From assembly GCF_004010195.1 (NCBI RefSeq), contig NC_057718.1:39476635-39540634 (forward strand): 64,000 bases of DNA, read 5' to 3'. Made by a program: the position numbers and the translations under genes. Positions 13,450 through 27,100 of this stretch are shown piece by piece. The notes under the pieces are model-generated. The model searched no databases and was not told the origin of the DNA. It saw only the letters and a program-made list of their open reading frames with translations. The first letter of the stretch is position 1, and the number at the start of each line of letters is the position of its first letter. Origin of the DNA: Chiloscyllium plagiosum (taxonomy: Eukaryota).

Positions 13450-13853
13450 CTGCACACCTGCACCTCCACCCACATCATCTACTGCGTCCGCTGCAGCCGC
13501 AGACTGGGATCACGGATAGTTAGGTCAGGATCACGGTGAAGCAGACTGGGATCACATTTAATTAGGTCAGGATCACAGTGAACCAGACTGGGATCACGGA
13601 TAGTTAGTCTACTCCGACCTATCACCCTCACCTTGACCTCTTTCCACCTATCACATTTCCAACGCCCCTCCTCCAAGTCCCTCCTCCCTACCTTTTATCT
13701 TCTCCTGCTGAACACTCTCTGCTCATTCCTGAAGAAGGGCCTGTGCTTGAAACGTTGAATCTCCTGTTCCCTGGATGCTGCCTGACCTGCTGTGCTGTTC
13801 CAGCAATAAAGTTTCAACTTTGATCTCCAGCATCTGCAGACCTCACTTTGTCC
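13450..13853 (+). mobile_element. Younger Penelope-like fragment: GIY-YIG scrap, 42-bp minisatellite and terminal repeat with hammerhead motif
   Basis: TCTSTHIIYCVRCSR at ~13456-13500; ATTC-CTGAAGA-AGGGC-CTGT-GCTT-GAAAC-GTT-GAAT at 13725-13760; tail CTCCAGCATCTGCAGACCTCACTTT. Confidence 0.8.
13500..13607. repeat. Minisatellite, 42-bp unit x ~2.6 (GGATCAC every ~21 nt)
   Basis: CAGACTGGGATCAC...TTAGGTCAGGATCAC.GTGAA units start at 13500, 13542 and 13584. Confidence 0.9.
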
Positions 13854-13954
13854 TGTAAGTCATGCATCTACACAAGGGAATACCATTTTCCATTGAGGTT
13901 TAATCCTTGAGAGTTTTTTTTCAGGCAATTGGTACAATTTAGTTATAATTGACA

Positions 13955-14215
13955 AGAGTAGCATGGTGGCTCAGTGTTCAGCACTGCTGTCTCACAGACC
14001 TGGGTTTGATTACAGCCTTGGGTGAGTGCATCTGTGTAGATTCCAGCTGGGTACAGTGGGTTCCTCCCACACACCAAAGATTTTAAGGTTAAGTGAATTT
14101 GGAAGTGCAGGCTAGGTTTGGAGATGGGGTGGCATTCTGGGTGGGATGCTCCCTGGAGAGTGGTGCAAACTCAATTGGCTGCAAGGTCTCTTTCTACACG
14201 GTTGGGATTCTATGA
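13955..14215 (+). mobile_element. Degenerate HE1-like SINE
   Basis: Head GCATGGTGGCTCAGTG..AGCACTGCTGTCTCACAG, core TTCCTCCCACA.CCAAAGA and a CR1-type tail. Confidence 0.7.
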
Positions 14216-15061
14216 AATGTGTATAATGCAATTTTTTTGTTTTGGTAAAATAGATCAACATAAACTATAGGTTGTCAAATTCCTGCAAAAGTGTTTGTTT
14301 ATGGATATCCCAATTGTTTCCAAACAACTCGAAATATTCGAATTCACTCGATTCCAATGCACTAATACGCTTGTAAATTATTATTGTGCAACTTCTTCCA
14401 AGCTAAATTGGAAACGACAGAACAACTTCGTCAAAAGAGCACCACATCAATATAGCATACAGTTGAATTAAAAACTCAATATTAGCTATCTCTTTGTGTT
14501 TGTGTGTGTGCGTGCAGTAGCTCTGGTTTTTTTAAACGGCCGCTTCACCGCTGACGGGTTGCATCGACAGCTCGACCTTCCGCGGTCGGGTGCAGAGTGG
14601 GTGGGGGCGGAGAGAGAAAAGAGTGCGAAGGGAGAGTTAGGCGCGGTGAGGGATTCGCCGCCGCGCGCGCTGCAATTGTCCAGTTGGCGGTTTATTTCGG
14701 GTGGGGAAGAGAGAGAAGGGAAATGGGTCCTTGCAGCAGACGTGCAGTTTGGGGGTCAAAGGTCAACCCTTGTGGGGGGGGGGGGTGGAGAGAAGAAGGG
14801 GGCGGGAGGCTGCGTTGTTACCTCACCCGACCCGCCCCCAAAACACCCGCGGTGCTCAGGCCACCCGCTGCTTGTTGTCGGGCGGTGATCCGCCGCTCCG
14901 CCTGTCAATCCTCCGCGCCAAAGAAGTTTCGCTGCCGTCCTCACCCCCTCCTGCAGCTCCACCCACAACCCCACATCGGCCTCCTTCCATTGTTTCCAAC
15001 TCACATCGAGTTGCAGTAGTCTGCTTGTATATTATAACTTCTGCAATCAGACGCTTTTGCA

Positions 15062-15188
15062 ATGCCCGGAATGATGGAGAAAGGGTCGGAATACCTGGGG
15101 AAAGGCCGATCCAACGGCACCAAGAGCCCGGCTGGAGCCTCTTCCAATGGACACTATTCTGAAGAGAGTGGCAGCGACGACGAGCACG
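15062..15188 (+). CDS. RCOR3: RCOR3 coding exon 1
   Basis: ATG at 15062 with an in-frame upstream stop (TAG 15017-15019). Encodes [42 protein letters not shown]; donor G|GTGGTA. Confidence 0.92.
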
Positions 15189-18100
15189 GTGGTAGCCTCG
15201 AACGCTATGCGAAAAATTAAAATCAAACTTCATTCGCAGCTGTTGAATTCTTTAAAATCTGAAATCTTTCGGTGTCGGTAGCAGGACGCCGTTTATTACT
15301 TTTCCTCAGTTTGCATATCCTAATGTTTTATTTTTTTACTTTCCTTTTTATTGTTACAGATGTCGGAATGCGAGTGGGCTCTGACTATCAGGCATCCATT
15401 CCAGAATTTAACCCCGGTAAAGAATCAATCTCAGACTGACGATACTATTAATAAAGTGACTCTTTAGTGATGTGACCCTAGATTGTTCTGGAACTGATCG
15501 TGAGGGTTGTTAGCCTCGGCTCCGGTTGTACGTGACCCCCCTCTTCCCTGAGTGGCGGTCTGGAGGGGGGTGTAGGGAAGGTCTTCGCCGTTCAAACTTT
15601 CGGCTGGTTATTCCTGCGCGAGGGGGATGAACTGAACAGCTGTTTGCTGTCACTGCGAAGGGCTGGATTTTGTTTGTTTATTTTTGTGTGGAGGGGGCAT
15701 TTAATGACTGCGAGCGGCAGAGAACCGAAGCCACCCCGGGCAGGAAACCGGCTCTTTAAATAGGCTGGGAGGTACCTGAGCATGCGCACTGCGGCCGGTT
15801 GCTGTCGAGCGTGCGCACTGCCACCTGATTTAGAATGAGGCTGTTCAAATCCATTCTGGGACTCTCGAGCTAGTGGCAATGCTTGCCTATTGGGGATGTA
15901 CTGCATGTTGTCTATCTTCCCAATTGAACCTTTTTTATTTGGTTATTTATTTCCCTCAGTTATCAACTGCTTATCCTTTGCAATTTTAGCTAAACTGGTT
16001 ATTTGTTTTTGCATTGGTATTTTGCGTTAGAATGTATTTTACCCCTCTTTACCTCTTGAGCACAGTTGCCAAAAATAGTCTCAGACCAGCAATGCCACCT
16101 ACATTTAAGTATTTCTTTAAAGTATGAAAACATGAGCCATTCAACAACTTTTGAAAAGTGTGGTGCTGGAAAAGCGCAGCAGGCCAGGCAACATCTGAGG
16201 AGCAGGCGAATCGATGTCGATTCTCCTGCTCCTTGGATGCTGCCTGGCCTGCTGCGCTTTTCCAGCACCACACATTTCAACTCTGGTCTCCAGCATCTGC
16301 ACTCCTAACTTTCTCCCATTAAACAACTTGCTAAACTTGTAAATGTGAGAGCATATTTCAAAGTGAAAAATATAATACTTGGTGTGAACTTGAATACAGA
16401 ATTTATTGTTAGTGACATTGCCTTCAGGCAAGATCATATGGGTTAAATCTTGAAGCAGGTGTGACTGTCGCAATTATATCAAGTCACATAAAATATTCAG
16501 CACAGGCATAGGCCATTTGGTGATCTACATCTATCATGGTATCCCTCATATGCCTCTTCTATCAATTCATCTAAAATATTCAACCACTTCTTGTGGTTAC
16601 GTTTTCACCACTCTGTAACTTTTTTAATACAAAATTGCCAATTAATTTTCTTGGGGACTATTTCCTCTGGCATGATTCTTCTTCATTCATGGAACGTCAG
16701 CTTCATTGGCGGGCCATTTTTTATTGCTTGTATCCAGTTGCTCTTGGTGGTGAGCTGCCATTTTGAACTGCTGCAGACTATTTGATATGGCGACACTCAC
16801 AATGTTGTTAGGGAGAGTCTTCCAGGATTTTAACCCAGTGACAGTAAAGGAACAATGATTTATTCTAAGCCAGGATGGTGTCTGGCTTGGAAGGGAACTT
16901 GCAAGTAGTGGTGTTCAAATGTATCTGCTGCCCTCCTTTCTAAATGGTACTGGATGTGATTTGGAGGGTGCTATCTTAAGAATCTTAGAAAATTTCTATA
17001 GTGTATCTTGCAGATGATGACCACAAGATAGTGACCATGCAACCTTGTGTGATATGCATTAGTGGTAAAAGGGAATGAAGGTTTATGGATGTGGTGCCAA
17101 TCAGAAGGGCTAGAGAGTCGTGGATGGTGCCACTCTTCTTGAATGTTCTTGGAGTTGCAGTCATCAAAGCAAGTGGAGAATGTTCCAATATACTCCTGAC
17201 TGGTGCCTGCTGGACAGGCAGTTAGGAGGTGAGGTATTCGTTGCAAGTTTCCAAGCCTCTGATCAGTAATTATATGGTAAGTCCAGTTCCTTTGTGCTTT
17301 TGCTCTTTTCTATAAGGAGAAACATTTATTCACTTAATCAAAACTTTTGATAATTCAAAGACCTCCAATAGATCACCCCTCAGTTGCTGTCCATGAAATA
17401 TGTATGCAAACATTCCTATTATTATCCCTGTAAACCTTCTCTCCAAGTGCATCAGTATGCTTTCATATAATCTGGTGGCCAGAACTGCACACTTGAATGT
17501 AGTTTAATCGATGTTCAACGTATGTCGAGCAAACCTTCCTTACATTTCAGTTTTATCCCTCAAGTCATAAAGCTTAGTTCATTTTTATGATCTTGTTAAC
17601 CTGTTGTGCAACATTTTAGTAATTGATGATTTTGTACTCTTAAGAGCCCTTTGTTTCTTCTCCCAACCAAGATTTCCACTTTCTAAGTAATAAATGACTA
17701 GATTAGATTAGATTACTTACAGTGTGGAAACAGGCCCTTCGGCCCAACAAGTCCACACCGACCCGCCGAAGCGCAACCCACCCATACCCCTACATCTACC
17801 CATTACCTAACACTACGGGCAATTTAACATGGTCAATTCACCTGACCTGCACATCTTTGGATTGTGGGAGGAAACCGGAGCACCCGGAGGAAACCCACGC
17901 AGACACGGGGAGAATGTGCAAACTCCACACAGTCAGTCGTCTGAGGCGGGAATTGAACCCGGATCTCAGGCGCTGTGAGGCAGCAGTGCTAACCACTGTG
18001 CCACCGTGCCGCCGTGACCTTCTTATTCGTCTTCCATAATGCACCATCTCACATTTATCTGTGTTGAACGTCAAGTCCCAATTTATTTGCCCATTTTTGT

Positions 18101-21100
18101 GCACTTTATTAATATTTTCCTGTGATTTCATGTCTCACAAACTTGATTGAGTTTTTTGTAAAAGTAACAAAGAGGATTGATGAGGGTAGAGCGGTTGACG
18201 TGATCCATGTGGACTTCAGTAAGGTACTCGACAAGGTCCCCCATGGGATGCTGATTAGCAAGGTTAGATATTATGGTATACAGGGAGAACTAGCCATTTG
18301 GATACAGGACTAGCTCGAAGGTAGAAGACAGAGGGTGGTGGTGGAGGGTTGTTTTCAGACTGGAAGCCTGTGTCCAGTGGAGTGCCACAAGGTTCGGTGC
18401 TGAGTCCACTACTTTTCATCATTTGTGTAAATGATTTAAATGTGAGCATCAGAGGTATAGTTGGTAAGTTTGCAGATGACACCAAAATTGGTGATGTAGT
18501 GGACAGCAAAGAAGGTTACTCTGATTACAACAGGAGCTTGATCAGATGGGTCAATGGGCTGAGGAGTGGCAGATGGAGTTTAACTTATTTAAATATGAGG
18601 TGCTCCATTTTAGGGAAAGCAAATCTTAGCAGGACTTATACAGTTAATGGTATGGTCCTAGGGAGTGTTGCTCAACAGAGGGACCTTGGAGTGCAGGTTC
18701 ATAGCTCCTTGAAAGTAGAGTCGTAGGTAGATAGGATAACGAAGAAGGCGTTTCGTATGCTTTCCTTTATTGGTCAGAGTATTGAATATAGGAGTTGGAA
18801 GGTCATGTTTCAGCTGTACAGGATATTGGTTAGGCCTCTGTTGGAATATTGTGTGCAGTTCTGGTCTACCTTCTATCAGAAGGATGTTGTGAAACTTGAA
18901 AGGGTTCAGAGAAGATATACAAGGATGTAGCCAAGGTTGGAGGATTTGAAATATAGGGAGAGGCTGAATAGGCTGTAGCTGTTTTCCCGGGAACGTGGAA
19001 GGCTGAGGGGTGTCCTCATAGAGGTTTATAAAATCATGAGGGGCATGGATAGGATAAATAGACAAGGTCTTTTCCCTGAGGTGGGGGAGTCTAGAACTAG
19101 AGGGCATAGGTTCAGGGTGAGAGGGAGAGATATAAAAGAGACCTAAGGGGCAACCTTTTCACACAGAAGGTGGTGCATGTGTGGAATGAGCTGCTAGAGG
19201 AAGTGGTGGAGGCTGGTACAATCGCATTATTTAAAAGGCATCTGGATGGGTAAATAAAAAGGGTTTAGAGGGATATACATCAAGTGCTGGCAAATGGGAC
19301 TAAATTAGGTTGGGGTACCTAATTGGCATGGACGAGTTGGAGGGAAGTCTGTTTCCATGCTGTACATCTCTGTGACACTATGACTCTTTGTGGCAATCCT
19401 GAGTATTGACTATCTCTACCAGTTTGTTGTAATCTGCAAATTTTGAAGCCGTAGTCTGGATTGCAGCTAGGAAAATCTGAAACATAGCTTTTCATTTTCT
19501 TTCACTGTAAATATTCCTTTACTCCACTCTCCTGCTCTCTTTTTCCATTCTATAACAATCCATTCTATAATGGTTATGGACTCCACATATTTAAACATAT
19601 ATTCATTAGGTTGTTTTGGGGTGCCTTATCAAAGGCCTGTTGAAACTTCAGTTAAACTACACGTAATAAATTTCATCAACAGAATTGCACTGCTTTTTCC
19701 TTTCCTATGTCATATAGCATATATTAATATTTTTCCTGATTTAGCATGAGCACTTGGAGATTCTTCATTTGATCATTAGTTTATTCTGTCAGTTGATTTC
19801 ATTCCAGATATTAGTCATTCACAGTTAACCTCATTAGGCTTGAATTTGGGCTTTGGGTGAAACAGACACAGTTAAGGGTCAAATAAAAGCAAAATACTAC
19901 AGATTTGGAAATCTGAAATAAAACAACATGCGGGAGAAACTCAGGATGTTTGGTACTGTCTGTGGAGGGAGAAACAGAGTTAATGTTTCAAGTCAAAGAC
20001 AACTTCTCCATTCCAGTGAACTCAAAAATTTTGGACTCAGAATGTTAACTCAGTTTCTTTCCTCAAAGATGCTGCCAGACTTCTGATTTTATTTGAATGA
20101 GGCTCAAATTTGAAGACTAATACCATCTGCATCAAAAATGACATTAAAATGCAGATCTCTAAAATGAATGCACTGCTGTTCAGGTGTTCCTTGGGCCTCT
20201 AAAACAGGAGCTTTAGGTCCCTTGATTATTTAAAAGGTGCTCAGTACATGTTATAGGTGTCTTTGCTGAAATTAGTGTACAATGAGGAGGGCTATCATAG
20301 AGTCATAGAGATGTACAGCATGGAAACAGACTCCTTGGTCCAACCCGTCACCACTAAAGATTAAATAGTTGTTGCAGTACATGAAATACTGCCAACAGAA
20401 GGTGAGTTTTTTTTCAATTTAACCACTCTGGGCCAGAAGTACAAGAAAAGAAGCCTTTTTGTTGTTATCCTTGACCCCTTCCTTCATTGTAGTCATAGAG
20501 TTGCAAAGCATGGCAACATATCAGTGGTCTTGAACTCTTCAAAGGGGATGCAATTGTTTAGTATTTCCAAAACACACACCAATACAGAGGTAGTGTATTG
20601 GAGGAAATTCAAGTTTTTTTATGGTCTTTACAAGTGGAACCTCCACCACATTCATCCTAGCCTGCCAAAAATGCCACATGAAAATAGTATGGAGACAAGA
20701 AGCAAAGGAAGGTTGTTTTCCCATCAAAAAAGATTCAGCATTTTGGAACCCAGTTTGCATCTCCTTTGGGAGATGAATATCTGGCCCACTATATTTATTT
20801 ATACGTCAACAAATAAAAGGTCCATCTTGATTGAACTGAGACATTACTCCCCGATGGCAATAGTTGTACATAGACTATGGAAGTCATAGTCTTGATGTCT
20901 GAAAACTATTTCTTTGTAATCTTAATCTCAAAGTAATTTATCAATTTTCTTTCAGGTGCTACGAAATATAACGATAAAGAAATTGGTGGCATGCTGGTTT
21001 GGTCCCCTTATCATGTCATTCCAGATATGAAATGTAAGTAAATTAATCATCTTTTATTCTCCTTTCTTAGATATTATTTCTTCAAATCTTATTTTTCAGT

Positions 21101-24100
21101 ATATGAAATTACTCTTCAAAATGTATGATAATTTTCAGGAAATGAAAATTTAATTGAGCTAAAATCTGGGACCTTTTGGGAACTTTAGGCCAGATTCTGA
21201 AATCTGTTGCACAGTCTCAGGGTTTGGTAAACACAGCGATACTTGGTTTCTGCCATATTACTGGAAATTTTAAACAGAACAGTAGATAGGGGAGCACTAC
21301 AGAAACATGAATTTAATTGACATAAGAACTGTGGAGGTATTCCATGTTATCACCACTTTGAACTTGAAAAAACAGACTGGTAGTTTCCAGTGCACAAATT
21401 ACAACAACTTTTATTTACTTACAATTATTATGCTTACATAGATTACATTTATATTTAAAAATATCCACTTTCTGCTATAAAGTACCTAAAAATTAAATCT
21501 TGACCTTTGATGAATTCAATATTTTTGCATCTTAATTATGTACAATTTTGTATATTTGCCAGTGCAATGCTCAAAGTAAGCTAAATGTTTAGCAAGACAT
21601 GTGTGGTACTTCATCAGATGCACAACTTAGAAGTCAGAGAATTATGCCTCTTTAAGACAACAAAATTTAATTGATAAGTGTACATAGGCTCATTGTGACC
21701 CTTATAGTGCGGTGGAAGTGTGTCTACTTTTGGTCAGAAGATCGGGGTTCACATCCCATCTTTGTCACAACAAATCTCAACAAATTGGTTTAAAAATATC
21801 AAGGTAGGCTCCGTTATTAATACCAATTATGTAGTTATGAATGTTGGCATATTTGATTGCATTTGCCACTTTCCGGTTGCAGTGCAGAAAGATCCAGTAG
21901 TTGAATGCAAAAATAATCTTGGCACCCAAACATGTATCTGTGTGCATTAGGTTTATATGATTTAATACATTGCAACACAGCCTCTAAAATACACGTCGAC
22001 CAGGCTAATTATCTGCGACCATCTATATCAGACAAATGATGATAACTAGGCGAAAGTGAGAACTGCAGATGCTGGAGACCAGAGTCAATATTAGAGTGAT
22101 ACTGGAAAAACACAGCAGGTCAGGCAGCATCCGAGGACCAGGAAATTCGATGTTTCAGGCAGGAGCCCTTCATCAGGAATAAACAACTGACTGGCTGTGC
22201 TTTTACAGCACCACACTCACGAGTATGTTCCTCTGCCTAACTAATTGAGACTCCCTGAAATTTGCACATATTGACTGCCAAATTTGCTAACTGTGTAAGA
22301 AGCTGATTGTTTGAGATTTACTGATTTAAATAAATGGTCATTTGCTTTGAGATTGATTTAATATACTGCAGTGGATCCACCAATTTTAACCAGATTAGCA
22401 AGTCTAAGATCTTTACTCCTTCAAAATCATAAGTGTTACTAAGTGCAATAGGTTTAGCCACCATCATGTACAGTGAGTGAATTTGTCTTGCAAGAACATG
22501 CTGTGGGATGTTGTGGTAAACAATATATTGTAATAGCAGTTTGATGTCCATTTCCTGTTCCTAACAGCTTGAAGTTGCACTAAACTATCTATTTATTCTA
22601 TTTCAAAAAATATAAATGAAAAAATGACCTAAGTGAGTTACTAAAGCACTGTTGTCCAGTGGTTTAGTCACAGCTACACACAGTTATAGACTCAGAGATG
22701 TACAGCACAGAAACAGGTCCTACGGTCCAACCCGTCCATGCCGACGATATATCCCAAACCATTCTAGTCCCACCTGCCAGCACCTGGCCCATATCCCTCC
22801 AAACCCTTCCTATTCATATATCCATCCAGATGCCTTTTAAATGTTGCAATTGTACTAGCCTCCACCACTTCCTCTGGCAGCTCATTCCATACATGTACCA
22901 CCTTCTGAGTGAAGACGTTGCCCCTTAGGTCCCTTTTATATCTTTCCCCTTTCATCCTAAACCTATGCCCTCTAGTTCTGGACTCCTTCACCCCAGGGAA
23001 AAGATCTTGTCTATTTACCCTATCTATGCTCCTCATGATTTTATAAATTCAGTTATGACAAATTGTGAATTCTTTTAGAAATGAAAAATGCATAGATAAC
23101 ACACACTGAACATGTAACTTCATTACTCATTATTGTGGCATATCTATTTTAATTTTGTTTGTTTGTTGCACATTGCTTCAGCCACCGCTGTGGTTCAGCA
23201 ATTTCTTTTGGATAACACATCTTTAAAATTCCAACATGGAATGGCTCTCAATTGATCTCATGAGTTTTTTTTTAGGTCCTGCAGTTTGAATAGCAGTTGT
23301 ACTCTGAACTACGTTTTTGTTTATATAATCTGTAGTAAAAGAAACATGTCATCTAAACAGCAAAAAAAATCCATTGACTGTTGTATCAAACAGCTTTTTG
23401 GTCATTATAAACTTGTCACGCCAATCAAATATAAAGCTGTCTTTAAATGTTGAGAACTTCTCAGCACACTCTAGTTTCCAGATTTCTTATCAAACAATAG
23501 TTAAAATCAAAGGACTTCAGCTTAGTTTCTTTATGTAGCAATTAAATTTTCTGACCTAAAAAGGATAACTTAACTTGCTAAACTGTGTCATCGAATCATA
23601 GAGATGTACAGCATGGAAACAGACCCTTCGGTCCATGCCAACCAGATATCCTAACCTAATCTAGTCCCGTTTGCCAGCACTTGGCCCATATCCCTCTAAA
23701 CCCTTCCTATTCATATACTCATCCAGATGCCTTTTAAATCTTGCAGTTGTACCAGCCTCCACCACTTCCTCTGGCAGCTCATTCCATACATGCATCATTC
23801 TCTAAGTGAAAAGTTGCCCCTGAGGTCTCTTTTATATCTTTCCCCTCTCACCCTAAACCTATGCCCTCTAGTTCTGGACTTCCCCCACCTCAGGGAAAAT
23901 ACTTTGTCTGTTTATCCTATCCATGCCCCTCATGATTTTATAAATCTCTGTGAGGTCACCCATCAGCCTTCAATGCTCCAGGGAAAACAGCCCTCGCCTT
24001 TTCAGCCTCTCCCTATAGCTCAAATCCTCCAACCCTGACAACATTCTTGTGAACTGTGTGTTATCAATCACACTGTTTTGGCAGAATGATTACATATTCT

Positions 24101-27100
24101 GATAATTCTGCTGAGTAGTATAACAGAAAATCAATTTAAATGTATTACAGTATAGTGTACATTTGCTATCACATGAACTTCTGCAATGAGGCACTTTATT
24201 GGTGATTCAAATGAAGACAACAGCCAAACTGAAATTGTACTGTAGTAAATGTCCAAATCAGAAATGAGTAAAACCATGACTGATCAGATAATCCTCAACA
24301 CCATTTTACTGCCCTTTCCCCACATCCTTTAATTTCCTTACTGTTCAAAAATCTGCACATCTCAGCCTTGAATGTACTTAATGCTACAGTTTCTATAGTC
24401 CTCTGATAAAGAATTCCACAGATTCACTACTTTGTGAGAGAGGAATTTCTTCTTCACCTCTGTCCTAATTGAGTGACCCCTCCTTACTCTGGGATGTACC
24501 CTCTGGAGCTAGACTCTCCCTCAAGAGGAAGAATCTCTCAGCATCTATGTTGTCTAACCCCTGAAGAATCTTGTGTCTTTCAATAAATTCACCTCTCATT
24601 CTTCTAAACTCCACTGATTACATGCCCGGCATACTCAACCTCTCCTCATAAGAACATTTTTCCATACCCACGATCAATCTAGTGAACCCTTCATGGACTG
24701 TCTCCCATGACAGAATGAGATGAGGCAACCAAAACTGTTCATGGTATTCTAAATGTGGTGTAACTAGTGCCTTGTATAGTTTTAACAAGACTTCCTTATT
24801 TTTATACTCCCATTTCGTTTGCTATTTTCTTGTGATTTATGTATGAGGACCCATAATTTCAGTTCTCTGCAGTCCTTCTCCATTTAAATAATATTCAGAT
24901 CCTTTCCTACATCTGCCAAGTTTTTGCTGACTCACTTAACCTGTCTATGTGCCTGTTTAGACTCTCGTGTCATCCAATTGTCTTCCCACCTATTTTTGTA
25001 TCATCAGTAAACTTGGCAATAGTACATTCACTTTGCTCATCTGAGTCATTAATGCATGTTGTAAATGTGGCCCCAAAAATGAACCCCGTGGCACCCAGCT
25101 TGCAATTCTAAACATTCTCTCTTTATCCCATGTCTCTGTCTTCTATTAATTAGCCAATCGTCAATCCATGTTAAAATATTTTACCCTCAATACCCCAGTC
25201 TCTTATCTTATTAAGGTACCTTTATCAAATGTCTGAAAATTAGAATACAGAAAATTATATGTACTCTTATCCCTTTATTTAGCTTTCTTTTCAACACCAT
25301 AAAGGAAGTCTTCTTATAAATCTCTAAGGCATAATGTACTGCTTCTACTTGATTATATTATGTATTTTTAAATGGTTGGCTATTTTATCATTTAATAATG
25401 GGCTCAAACATTTTCCCAATGATCATAAGGCATAGGAGTGGAAGTAAGACCATTTGGCCCATCGAATCCACTCCGCCATTCAATCATGGCTGATGGGCAT
25501 TTCAGTGCCACTTACCCGCATTCTCCCCTTATCCCTTAATTCCTTGCGAGATTAAGAATTTATCAATCTCTGCCTTGAGGACATTTAACGTCCTGGCCTC
25601 CACTGCGCTCCGTGGCAATGAATTCTGTAGGCCCACCACTCTCTGGTTGAAGGAATGTCTCCTCGTTTCCATTTTAAATTGACCCTCTCTAACCCATGGG
25701 TCCTAGTATCCCCGCCTGATGGAAACAAATTCCCAACATCCACCCTTTCTAAGCCATGACAGATAATAAGTTCCTTGGCTTTTTGTTACCTGTTTTTTGT
25801 CATCGTCTTGCTTTCATTATGGTGTTACATTGGCAGTTTTCAAAGCCTCTGGGATATTTCCAGAATCCAAGCAATCTTGGAGGATTGCTACCCATATGTC
25901 CACTGTCACTGTTGCTACTTCCTTTAATATCAGTTGATGCAAACCATCAAGTTTAGGGAACATTTCCACATGTAGCCCCTTTGGTTTCCTTAGTACTTTT
26001 TCTCTAGTGATAATTATTGTTTTTATTTCCCCTCCCCTTTTGCTCCTTGATTGTTAAGTGCTTTTGGAATGCCAGTAATGTTGTCTTCTACTGTGAAGAC
26101 GAGGGTAACGTTTTTATTCAATGTCCTGCTATTTTCAGGTTTCTCATTATCATTTCCCCTGGCTCATCCTCCAATGGCCTATGTTCACTTTGGCCTCTCT
26201 CTCGTTCTCTCTCTCACGCGCGCGCTCTCTCTCTCTCTCTCTTTTTTTTTATATATATATATATATATATGAAGGAGCTCGTACTGTCCATTTTGATATT
26301 ACTTCCTAAGTTTACCTTCAAATTTCTTTTCGACCCCTTTTCTTTGGGCATCTTACGTTGGTTTTGGAACTTTCCCAATTCATGGTTTATCACTAATCTT
26401 TGCAATATTGTATGATTTTGCTTTCAATTTGTTACCATCTTTAACTATGTTAGGCAATAAATGATAGCCTGGCCAACAATGCCCACATCCCTTGAATTAG
26501 TTTAAAAAAGAAATTGGTAAATTGAAGATTCTGCTGAGTGATTCTTCTATATCTGCAACCTTTTGAAAGTCTCCATTTCAATCAGAATTTGGAAGGTTCT
26601 GATGAAATCAAGTAAAAATGACTCCATAAATGTTAGGCTGTTAAATACAGCCTGAGTAACTATTCAACGACCCAATGCTTACCTTGCACACTACCAAATG
26701 CACCTCCTCCAGCCTCTGACTTGAAATCTGTGAAGCAGATCATTCTCCACCCATGCCAAACCTGACCCCCACTCAAAATCCAACTGTCCCTGCCCCTGCT
26801 GGATCTTATTTCTCGCACTTATTGTAACCTACACTAAACACTGCAAAACTTACCTTGGCACCACCTTGCCATCTGGCACTCAACTTACCAAGCAGCAGAT
26901 CACCTATTCTCCCAGTACTCTTAACTTCATAGTTAGCTTTTACTATTGTTTGACCACAGCTGTGATTTAAATTTAAGAATAAGGTAGCTGACCACTGTGA
27001 AAAGAGGACATGGTTTGTCTTCTCCAACCATTCTGTGCTATGAGAGAACTATCATAGCTCCATATTTCTGAAGGAGCGCTGATCAGCCTCTCAGAAATGT

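Larger units (their letters stand above)
14500..15830. promoter_or_regulatory. CpG island / RCOR3 promoter and 5' region
   Basis: The only CpG-rich, GC-rich non-repeat stretch in an otherwise CpG-depleted window. Contains GC boxes (GGGGGCGG near 14604 and 14798) and surrounds the start codon. Confidence 0.85.

Noticed and set aside
13500..13607. Regularly spaced GGATCAC repeats resembling a CRISPR array
   Set aside because: The 'spacers' themselves repeat with a 42-bp period; this is a minisatellite in eukaryotic DNA with no cas genes.
14496..15233. Several overlapping 80-150 aa ORFs on both strands
   Set aside because: These are stop-poor frames in the GC-rich CpG island with no recognisable domain; the real CDS starts at 15062.
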